Below, one piece after another: positions 22,655 through 32,737 of a stretch of 40,607 nt of DNA. A model generated the notes under the pieces. That model was not told the origin of the DNA. It did no database searches and worked only from the letters and a program-made list of their open reading frames with translations. Each line of letters opens with the position of its first letter. The stretch's first letter is position 1. The position numbers were made by a program, and so were the translations under genes. Source of the DNA: Trypethelium eluteriae (taxonomy: Eukaryota); assembly GCA_051942245.1 (NCBI GenBank), contig JAVECL010000018.1, positions 62,001 to 102,607 of the forward strand. The letters are read 5' to 3'.

Positions 22655-23644
22655 ATGGTCAACCTTAGAGATTGGCATGACAGCAAGACTATTCACATCC
22701 TCAAGGATGCTGAAGAGCGCGGCTATGGAATCATCGCGTCCATAGTGTATGTAAACCATAAGACTACTTCTCGCTCTCTCTCGCTGATCTTTGACCTTCT
22801 CAAGATACAATATCGAGCAAATCATTGGAGTCGTGCGGGCTGCGGAGCAAAATCAATCTCCGTTGATCATCCAAGTGTTTCCATGGGCCATAACTTTCTC
22901 CGATGGCCTCATTGTGAGAACAGCAGCAGATGCAGCGTCAAGGGCCTCCGTACCTATAGCTATTCATCTGGACCATTGCCAAGATGAAAAGCTTGTGCGA
23001 TATGCAGCGGATTATCTTCCATTCGACTCGATCATGATCGATATGTCGCACCACGAGAAAGCTGTCAATCTAGCCAAAACGCGAGAGCTTGTCGCCTATT
23101 GCCATGCACGCGGAATCGCTACAGAAGCCGAGCCAGGACGGATAGAGGATGGCGAAGATGGAGTTGCTGATACTATAGATATGCAAGGGATACTAACTAC
23201 CCCTGAAGAGGTCGAAGAGTTTATTGCGACAGGAGTCGACTTTGTCGCTCCAGCTTTCGGGAACGTGCATGGAGAGTATGGGCCAGCAGGTCCGCAATTG
23301 AATTTTGATCGGCGAGTGATGAGTCTCCAAAGTTTCCTTTCCCAAACGCTGACATCGCACAAAGATTCGCGTCGATTAAGAAGCAAGTGAATGGCCGGGT
23401 AAAGCTTGTCGTTCACGGGACCAACGGCTTTCCTCCAGAATTGCTCCAAAGATGCATTCGGGCTGGAGTGAGCAAGATCAACGTGAACAAGCTGGTGCTG
23501 GAAAATTATACACGTCACCTCCAGTCTAAGGCACCATATTTGACCATGACTCGGCTGATGGAGGAAGGTGTAAGTCATGTCATTGGTCAGCAAAAGGAGC
23601 AGATGGACATATGCTGGTCGAGCGGAAAGGCGCGGCCTGCCTAG
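22655..23644 (+). CDS. Class II (metal-dependent) ketose-bisphosphate aldolase, non-glycolytic type, 3 exons
   Basis: YNIEQ..RAAE..SPLIIQ, HLDH, DSIMIDMSH, EAEPGRIE, APAFGNVHGEY, VHGT, KINVN. Introns 22747-22804 and 23312-23364 (GC donor). Confidence 0.92.
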
Positions 23645-23703
23645 TCATAGCTTTGAGTGACCTTTCTTTAAAGACGTCCTTGTCGCCTGGAGATCTTCAG
23701 CTA

Positions 23704-25434
23704 TTACATAAGATCGTCGTTCGAGGGGATGTTATTCGGCCAACCTGTTGTTTCTCGGTGAGCTTGTAACAACGCCGCAATTTCCTCTTTTTGTTGCGTT
23801 GTGTCTACATGCGTAGCTGCAGCATAAAGGCAATAAGTCGAAGTGATCATCGCTGCACCCTTTGAAGTACATTGTGCAATGCCGCAAATACTGCTGACGC
23901 ATTTTTGAACTTCAACCTTCCTAGATGTCAACTCTCTCAAGCCGCCTGTCGCAGGCATCATATCCAGAAGCAGCAGTTTAGCAAAGAAGTAGATTTGAAC
24001 TGCAGCGCTTGCAGCTGGTGGATTGATCCAAATAGATTTGAAAGACGAATGCTCCGGACTGAGTACGGGCAACCGCCGGTCATGGTGTCTGAAGTAAGCC
24101 ACCCATTCCTCAAGACTATTCCAGAGGCTCTGTCCTTTGTCAATCCTCCCTTGCATATCGAGTCGGCCGGCTTCTGTCTCTTTGTCGCTGATATAGTTGA
24201 CGCATTGTCCAAGCAAGAAGAATGCACGATTCACGAGCTCCCAAAAGTCGAGTTCTGAGCAACATCTCTTCAGCGAATAAAAGCTGAGAATCTTACGGCG
24301 CTCTTTGAATGCCGCTCAAATATCTTGCCTTAGCCAGGCCCACCAAATCCGTTTTTTCAGCCCTTCAGACTCTCCATGTATAAGCTGCGAGCGCTGGATC
24401 CAGAAAACTCCTTTCAAGTGTCTCTCCCATCCACTTCCACATCCGTCAATCATTTCAAACGTGGATATTATCAACACAGTCGCTAGTAAGTGGTCGCTGC
24501 GGAGATATGTACTGTCTTGCATTGCTTGCTGCAGATACTGTAGAGCCTCGCTGTAATACCGTACCGAGAGTGTCCGGTCTGAGGAAGTACTCTCACTCGC
24601 CGAGGTCAATGCGGGCTGCAAGGATAAGTGACGGGCAGACAGGGCTAGTACAGCCTTCATGAGACCTTTGTTTCTAAGTGCCATTGAGGGAACAACTATG
24701 GAAAAGGATTGATCTGGATCCGTGAGATCAATCCATGAGCTAAGATGGTTTACAAAGTGCTGCAGTAATGAAAGTTCATGTCGAGATAACGGCACCTCCT
24801 CATCACTCACATATGTCTCTGCTTCTGTTGTTGTTGAGCATGCTGATAATGCCGCGCCTGAGTCGTTGAAGTTGTTTACAGGCTGTGAAGGTGCAACATC
24901 GAGCGTTGCCGGTATCTTCTGCAAAATTTCTAGCTGTGCATCGACGGCGTCTGTTGCAAGCAGATTGAGCCAGCCAAGTGGTGCGGCTTCGGCAGTAAAG
25001 CCGAGACCAGCACTCCAGGACGATTCTGGGCTAGTTCCATAAAAAGGCAATTCCGATGGGAACTTTGTGCTCTCTAGATCAATCAAAGGCAGCAAGGTTG
25101 AAGGTACTTCATTCAGGGTTTGAGCATAGTTATGGTCCGCCTGCGACGTGATACACTCAGTCTCTGGTGGTGGCTCACTTGACCCTATGTATTGTTGATG
25201 ATCATGTCCGGATTCAAATCCGGGCGGTCTTGTTGTACTCTTGTCAGGCTTGGACTGCGCTCCTTGCTCATACACACATGTGTGATCTATTTTCTCACAA
25301 CGACGGCAGCGTGGCTTCTCTTCACCACATTTGACGTGACGAGCACGACAAGCCACGCATCCTGCCCGCGTTCGTAATCCACTGCCGCGCGGCTTCCGTA
25401 CGCGCTTGTGTGATGTCGTTACATTTTAGCTCAT
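23704..25434 (-). pseudogene. Zn2Cys6 transcription factor (Fungal_trans_2-type C-terminus) with two in-frame nonsense codons
   Basis: One frame: ATG AGC TAA(25426-28) ..RKPRGSGLRTRAGCVACRARHVKCGEEKPRCRRCEKIDHTC..WERHLKGVFWIQRS..WWAWLRQDI TGA(24316-18) AAFKERR.., continuing in frame into the ORF at 23704-24234. Confidence 0.85.
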
Positions 25435-25437
25435 GCC

Positions 25438-25528
25438 TCGTCACGATAGTGGTCGTTTTTTGGGGGGCGTCTTGAGATTGGAAATGCGTGGGTGATAGAG
25501 TAGAGTACCGTAAAGGCCTTCGTGACGA
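25438..25528. promoter_or_regulatory. Two TCGTNACGA palindromes upstream of the Zn2Cys6 gene (possible autoregulation)
   Basis: TCGTCACGA at 25438-46 and TCGTGACGA at 25520-28. Confidence 0.45.
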
Positions 25529-25839
25529 GACTTAGACTTTAGCCGAAGTGCCCCGCATCGAGCCCAAAGTCCGGGAGCACAGCTCGGCGTATCACCATAT
25601 GTCTATTTCAAGCTTCTCGATCGGTCGACAAATCCAGGATGACGGTTACACTTGCAAGGACTGCAGAAATAGTGCTCAAGATTCGCCGAGTGGAGGGTGA
25701 GAGCTACGTGGAATGCAATCATCGAGCATGACCATGTCAGGCCACGCGGCAATTCTCACGCATTCAACATTGAGAATAGGGAGCATAAGAGCGATATCTG
25801 ACGTATGATTAACATACATGTAGCACAAATGTAGGCCAC

Positions 25840-26521
25840 TTATTGGAGAGATATCGACAAGCCTCCATCCACACGTATCTCCGCTCCAGATACGTACTTG
25901 CTCAAATCACTTGCAAGAAATACTGCTGGACCAGCTGAGGATTGCATCATGCTCAATACAGCGGCTTTCGTGGGTGTGTAGTGGACCTGCTGTGCGCCTC
26001 CTAAATGAGCGCTTATCGAGGAAATGCCAATAATACTTCCTCCATGCCCTTGACGAATCATCTGGTTGGCAGCCGCTTGCGTTGTCCAGAACGTGCCTTG
26101 AATATTAGTTTGTATATGCGAGTCCAACGTTGATTTATCAATGCTATCAAAGGCGCATCAGCAGACGGGTCACCCGAATACATCGGTCAAGGACAACATA
26201 CGTCAGAAAATCCCGGAATTGACTGATACCTGCGTTGGCAACAAAGACGTCCAAGCCCCCAAACTGATTGACAGATGCTTCAACAATCTCCTGACCAGTC
26301 TCCCTTTGCTTGATATCTCCTACAAGTCCCTGTAGTCTTGATCCCTGAATGCTAGAGGCTTCTCTCTGAAGGCTTTTGAAGTGTTGCTGAGAGGGATCGT
26401 CGTCCATAAAATTGACCATCACCGATGCACCATGCCTCAGAAAGTCAAGTGCAATGGCTCGGCCGATGCCAGTCATGCCGCCTGTTATGGCTGCTGCCTT
26501 TCCCACGAGGAGGGAGGACAT
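25840..26521 (-). pseudogene. SDR of the L-rhamnose-1-dehydrogenase-like family with an in-frame internal deletion
   Basis: TGGMTGIGRAI, VANAGI, one intron, ISSISA, HYTPTKA are present. MMQSS joins directly to AGPAVFLAS, so the usual ALG..IRCNA..PGTI..IPLGR segment is missing and no intron is there. Confidence 0.8.
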
Positions 26522-27266
26522 GTTTTGTGTTGAAAATAGAGATTGTCGGGCATGTCAAGCTGCCTGAGTGACATTGTGGGTCGAAAGAATTGATCAAGTC
26601 TTCTATTGCGCTTTGAAGGAGGTCGAGAACCCAATCTAGCCTGGATAACCTTTACGGGACCGCGTAACGAAGGATGCTCGTGTCGGTTTCATTTAGTGAA
26701 CCTAAAGGATCGTCCCCTAACCGACCTGGTCTTGTCTTCAATTGCCGTAGTAGGTTTCTCATCAAGTTTCAACGTCTAGGCTGATATCTCTAGGCGCGAC
26801 TGGGTTTGGGTTTGAGTTTGGGCTTCGGCTATCGTGTCGATGCATTCGAGCCATTAGTATGAACTTCATCGATCGAACTCCTGAGAAGAGGCCGAGCAGC
26901 CTAAGCAGGGACTGAGCGAACGTTGAGCCGGTGGCTTAGCTTACCACTTTTAGCCTCGTATGAATTCAACCTATCTCAGTCATGATTGTCGTTGTTTTCA
27001 CCTTCGAGAACAGCAATACTAGCTGAACTAGCACGGATCGGTATCAGTTCAGGAAAGAACCGCCCGCTTCCGTTTTTACCAGAGGCAGGTGCTTCCAATT
27101 TTCTTCTGTTTGACGTTGTACTGAATATTTAAGGCAGAAAGAAAGTAATGCCGCACGGTTCCGAAGGATGCAACAGAATTCTTAATGAATCTCAGCTGGG
27201 TTAGCCCTCATGATCACTGCTAATCTTGAATCTTACCAGGCATTTGATGCATGAGAGATCGCAGGT

Positions 27267-28049
27267 ATGGAAGCAATAGGCGCTGCTGCAGGTGCCATAC
27301 AAACTGGTCAACCACTCTTTGCAGCTCACGCTCTCTGCGAGAGAACACACGACACCCCTTCACAGGTGCGGCGACAAGGCACGGAGGTTGTGCATCTTAG
27401 AGCGGCTCTGGAATTAGTCCGGAAATCGCACTTCCACATCTCGGCAATCACCCAGGAACTTGACACCTTCAAGGATTTGATCCTCTCTATCTCATCTGGA
27501 TCGGAGAAAATAAAATCATGGAAAGCCAAATCGAAGGCTGCTCTACCACCGCGTTGGAACTTAAGAAAGAAGACTACTTCAAAGCACTTCAAGAATATCA
27601 AGCGACACTCAGTCTCTCCATTGTTGTTACTACCAGCATCAACAGAAAAATACTGCGGAGCACTCCTCGACCATCGAAGAAGTGACTCAAGACACGCAGT
27701 ATTCCAAGGTCCAAACGCAAGCAATGCAAGAGTCACACCCAGTAGGGCCAGCCCTTAGAGAGCCCGAAGGGATCGAGGAAACCACAAGCTAGAAGCACTC
27801 GTAATTTCCGTTGTGATGTGGAGACCGGGGGAGCATGCAGTGACGACTTCGGAAAAAGCAGTCCCTCTGGGCCTAGAAGCCAACCATAGCGCAGATATGG
27901 TTGTCGGAGACTTTGGAAAACGCGGTAAGGATGCGCCGTCCTCGAGAGAAGTCTGGTACGACATTGAAGCAAATGACCAAAGCAGACTCACGTTTGGGAA
28001 TGTCTTTAATGCCGAGATGCAGAAGTTGTTGCTCAAGAGGGGTTCATAG
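27267..28049 (+). pseudogene. Frameshifted HeLo-like (fungal N-terminal domain) gene with C-terminal HET-s-like amyloid repeats
   Basis: MEAIGAAAGAIQ / LVNHSLQLTLSARE / HDTPSQVRR..LRAALELV.. / KEDYFKALQEYQATLSLSI lie in alternating frames. The terminal frame has GLEANHSADMVVGDF and YDIEANDQSRLTFGNV. Confidence 0.6.
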
Positions 28050-28503
28050 ATGAACCCAAAATGCCCCTACACTGCTCTTGTAGGTAAGAGAAGGGCTGTT
28101 CGCAAGTCAAGCGGCGATATCATACCTCGAAACAAGATTTGAAGGAAATGTGCGTCTGTATGCAAAACGGTAATGGCATTTTGTTACACCCGATATGACG
28201 CTCTTTGCCCTATCCAAGGCAATTTAGACTTTAGACCTCCTTCGAACTCAATTGAGTGACCCTCATTTAGATCCTCAGCGCGTTCTTGCTCCCGTTCTTC
28301 TCCCCTGACATCCTCTTGCATAGTGGGGAATTATGCGACGCATGCTACCTTGCACAGTAACTTTTGGGCTGGTGCCATCTCTCCTCGTTAAATGGTAGTT
28401 ACAGCAGAATATTCGCCACGTCATAACTTCATATCATCATAGCTCATATCAGTCATGCATTTCTGAACGGTCTTGAATGCTGACTCGAGAGGATCCCTCG
28501 TCA

Positions 28504-30888
28504 TTAATTATGATATTCCTTCGCATCCGAGAATAGTTCCGAAGCCGCGTCTTCGTCGAGCAGTCCACTTTCCACCACCGCCTCCACAAGCTGAGTCGGC
28601 GGTCGCGCGTTGATAACACTCAACAAATCTGCAAAAGCTTGGACAAGCGCCTCTGACACATCTCTTCGATCCCGCAGTCGAGTTTCAAAATCACTAGCCA
28701 CATAGTTCTTATCATAGTTGATCTTGAAATGGTCCACACCTGTCAAGATGGTAATGGTTTCCAGATCGCCATAGAAAGCTGCTAGCTGAAGGAGATTTGG
28801 CCCTTGTAGACGGGGACACGCACTGTATTCCTGCCATCGATCAAGGAGCAGCTGGAGTACGTGGTGGCTATTGTGGATGATCGCAGCAGTAAGAGGGGTC
28901 TGGGCGGTAATGGACTTGGCGTTGATATTGGCCTGATCTTCCAGAAGCAGCGTGGCAACGGCCACATCATCGTTCAATGCTGCATGTAGAAGTGACGTTC
29001 GGCCTTCGGCGCCGCAGGACTCAACATCAGAGTTGAAGTCCAGAAGCGTCTTGATGACGATCGGGTCGGAACCGAGTCGCGTGGCGACGTTCAACGGATT
29101 ACCCCTCTTGAGTCTCTTGTATATGGGAGGATTTGGATCTGCCCCTGCTTCGAGGAGCAAGCGGAGACACACGGGATGATTTTGTGCTGCGGCGTACAAA
29201 AGAGGTCCTGAGAATTGCTGGTCCATATGATTAGGATTGGCTTGATAGCTCAAGAGGATGGCAACCGATCGATCATCCCCGCGCGCTGAAGCCCACTGGA
29301 GGGCGGTTCTTCCTTTAGCATCAGTCGCATCAACTTCGTCTGGATGTGCCTGCGCTTCCTGCTCCAAGCTAGCTGCTGATAACCCAAGAACAATCTTGTG
29401 CAATGTTGTGAAGTTCTGCTCTTCCGTAAAGTCATCCATCCTGGTTAGACAGCTCAAGAAATCTTTCGCTTCTTTGGAAAGAGCGCCTTGAAGTAAAAAG
29501 TCACAAGCTTTGTTCTTTGGATTGTCATCATGAGCTGCAATAGGCTTGTATTCGACGTCTGCACCCGCATACACTAAAAATTGGCATGTTTCGTATTGCT
29601 TTCCGTAAAGAGCCCAGCGAAGAAGCGAGTAGCCACGAGTACTGCTTACGTCCTGCGGAGATGCCAGCCCACGGACAAAGAGATCCTTTAGTGCTATTAT
29701 GTTCCCTTCTAGCGCAAAATTGACGCAAGGCGCAGAGTCGGGAACTCTTCGCAAGGTCTTCAATTGGAATTGCGGGCCGAAGCTCTGGGAGACACCCATT
29801 TGAACGCGAACAATTTGGGACCAGAAAAACCCGAGCGGAAACCAATATTCAAAATTCATCTGGGGCGTTTGAGCTTTTTGGCATGCTTCCAGGTTGCATT
29901 TTCGGCTTACGACCGGTAGGCCGGCATAACCAACAAACAACTGTCCAAGCAAACGATCCGCAATAGTTGGCGTAGAAGACTTTTTATACGTATGGCATAG
30001 GCATGGGCATCCAGGTCGACATACAGAGGAGTATTGTGAGGCTCTGATGCTAACGCCCTCGGGGCTCGGCATGTGCTGCGTCCCTTCTTTCGTACTGTGT
30101 TTAGCAATTTTCCGTCGCCGATACGCAGGCGACCCATAGTGGGGACCAAGTTGTGTAGTATAACCTTCTTGTAATCTGCCTGACTGGCTCTGTAGTAGTG
30201 CCATTATCTCATCGATCCTTGAGTCCATCTGTTGTGCGAGCGCATTGCTTTGCAGAATTCCCGAGTTCATCTGTTGTGTGAGCGCATTGGTTTGAACAAC
30301 CTCTTGTCGCAGGTCATTCAGGTCTTCCAAGGACAGTGAGTCCACCGCTGAGAGGTTCTCAAGGTCTAGCCGTACGCGAGCCATATCCCGTCTGCCACAT
30401 TTCCCTCTGTCAGTACCGACCCTAATCATTTAAGTCTGTACTGGACGAAGGCGTGCTTACGAGTTCGATGCACCCAGGATGACATTGAGACTAGACTTCA
30501 CCGACTTGATTTCGTCTTGCAGCGTTTGGATTTTCGCTTGTTCCTTTTGCCACCGAGGACCTCGAAAGATCGGGATTTTTGTCTCAATGCAAGCCTTGAC
30601 AAGCCGTGAGTTGACAGCGTCGAGTTCTGTTAACTTCGACTCCGCTCGTTTCAAAAGGTGTTCGATATCGGCCCGTTCCGGTGTCGACGATAGCAAAACT
30701 TCGCGGTCTCGAGTGACATCCGCAAGTTGGTGGAGGACGACTTTCAGGTCAACGACCTCGTTGTGTAATGCGTGCACTCTCCCGGGAACAGATTTGTGAA
30801 GTCCGCGAAGTTTTATGAATCCCTGGCACGTCTGACCAGCAAGAGTGGCAACGGCAATAATAGAAGCAGTCAGCGATAGCGGGTCCAT
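28504..30888 (-). CDS. HeLo-like N-terminal domain + Cys-rich linker + ankyrin-repeat protein (no NACHT/NB-ARC visible), 2 exons
   Basis: MDPLSLTASIIAVATLAGQ..LHNEVVDL..LNVILGASNS | intron 30392-30460 | RDMARVRLDLE..CRPGCPCLCH..CNLEAC..; ankyrin motifs GRTALQWA, GPLLYAA..LLLEAGADPN, GRTSLLHAA, TPLTAAI. Confidence 0.88.
30221..30294. repeat. 42-bp-period tandem duplication within the ankyrin gene
   Basis: gagtccatctgttgtgcgagcgcattgctttg / gagttcatctgttgtgtgagcgcattggtttg; encodes QTNALTQQMNS and QSNALAQQMDS. Confidence 0.85.
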
Positions 30889-31210
30889 TGTCCCCCGGAG
30901 AGAACAGTAGGTAACCCGATGAAAACCGGACAGCTACTCCGTACATCTCTGCGGCGTTCGTGCACTACGTATATATAGACGAAATCCCGATCAGAAAGCG
31001 GGGCGTAGAGATACGAAAAGGACCAATGAAGCTGTGAAGCGCCCAGCCTTGCGACTCCTGTCTGATCCCCAAACGCCCACTACGTCGCGTACTCGGGCGG
31101 CACAGATTGGTTGCGAAGGCTTGGCATTGATCCCATACCTCCTCGCTACATAACAACGTGCGAGCCCGTCCCTTGTGAAAATAGGCCGATCTGAATACAG
31201 CTTGTCACGC

Positions 31211-31984
31211 ATGGAGCCCGCACCTCTTGTCGTTCTCAACGGCTACCCCGGTGTGGGCAAAGCTGCCGTTGCGTCTGCGCTACAGTAAGGCAAAACAACG
31301 AACCAAAACGTCATATTACACATTTTCTCATAGAATACCATTTACAGGAAGCTTATTCCCAATTCGAAATGTTTAGACAATCATCTACTTATTGACCCAG
31401 TAGCCGCCCTGCTGGAGCGTGAGGATGCAGGATATCGTGACTTACGCAAAGCACTCGTGTGTATCAGTTTCTATTACGATCTCGAATCTAAAGACAGCCT
31501 CATGCTGAAACATTTCCTTTTTCAGCGAGATCCAATTTTCGACTGCATTGCTACCAACCCATCTCTTCGACCAAGAACAGTGATCACGACGTATTACCAA
31601 GAAACCTTCGCCGACCGCGCCATCGATCTGGAAGAGTGCCTCCATAGCGCCAGGCGAGGCGGACGGCTTTTGATCGTGTTCATTCTCACCTGCAGCAAGG
31701 AAGAGAACATGCGCAGACTACTCGATAAGTCTCGCGAATCGAAATCGAAGCTACGAGATATCAAAATCTTGGAAGACATCCTAGAAAATCATTTTGTCTA
31801 CTCGTTTGATAAGGCTGGGTTTAAGCCGCCAACTGTTTGGGAGTACAGCTTAGATATCACGAGTTTGGACCCTCAAGGGGCTGCCTTGGTGATCTTGGAT
31901 ATCGTCAAAGAACACGAAAAAGCATTCAACACAAGAGCAGATGTTATCAGGAAAGGCCGAAATGCATCGAGATTATCCTCGTAA
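31211..31984 (+). CDS. Small P-loop nucleotide/antibiotic kinase-like protein (AAA_33/chloramphenicol phosphotransferase-like), 3 exons
   Basis: MEPAPLVVLNGYPGVGKAAVASALQ|KLIPNSKCLDNHLLIDPVAALLER..YRDLRKAL|RD..LTCSKEENMRRL..R..SKSKL..LDITSLDP. Confidence 0.82.
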
Positions 31985-32737
31985 TTGCCCCTATCTTTTG
32001 GAGACCTGCATGCTCATTGGCGATCGTGTTTACCTTAGCTTTGTTAGATTGTAAGTTGGCGTTCCTTTAGATAATTAGATTAGACTCTATCCTGGTTCCT
32101 GACAGTACGTATTTCCGATGATCAACAGGATTACTCTGCTCCCCAAGGGCCCCCAATCAACTCTTGCAGAGCCATATCAAACAAGACTCAACATCCTTAG
32201 GTTCTAGCTGTGAGACCTCGCGGGCCTCTGACATGTGATTCGAAATAGCGGCAATCTCATAAGTCACATATTGTGGAAAATCCAATGCTCTCATCCTTGA
32301 TTCATGCGCTATTTACTATTCGCTATGCAAACAACCAATTCATGACCTATGCAGAAGAGGAGACCTTCCGATATATGCTTGTCTTTATCACGTCCTTATG
32401 ACCGTCGTATACCCTGCCATGACTCCAGCTCAATCTCTCCAGTTTCAATCCTGCACTTCTTTCCGCCTTTCCACCCAATACTCCTGCGGAATGCGAAAAC
32501 GATCAGATAACCTATGCAAAAGAAAGATGAATGTCAGCCTCTAAGGTCAAAAGTCATAATTTCTATTTGACTGTACAAGAATTTCAATAAGTATGTATGC
32601 TCAGATGGTCCAGCCAAGAAACTAAGAGCTTTACGAAAGTATTGATGATGCAAGAGTGATACCATTAAGGGCAATGAACCATATAAGAATAGAATGAACA
32701 GAAAATTGGAGGCAAAGAAAGGTATGCAGCAGAGACA

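Noticed and set aside
26802..26822. GGGTTTGGGTTTGAGTTTGGG short repeat
   Set aside because: Short imperfect microsatellite with no supporting context.
23704..28049. RIP as the cause of pseudogenisation
   Set aside because: Only one lesion fits CpA>TpA; the region is not AT/TpA-enriched and the other lesions are indels or other substitution types.
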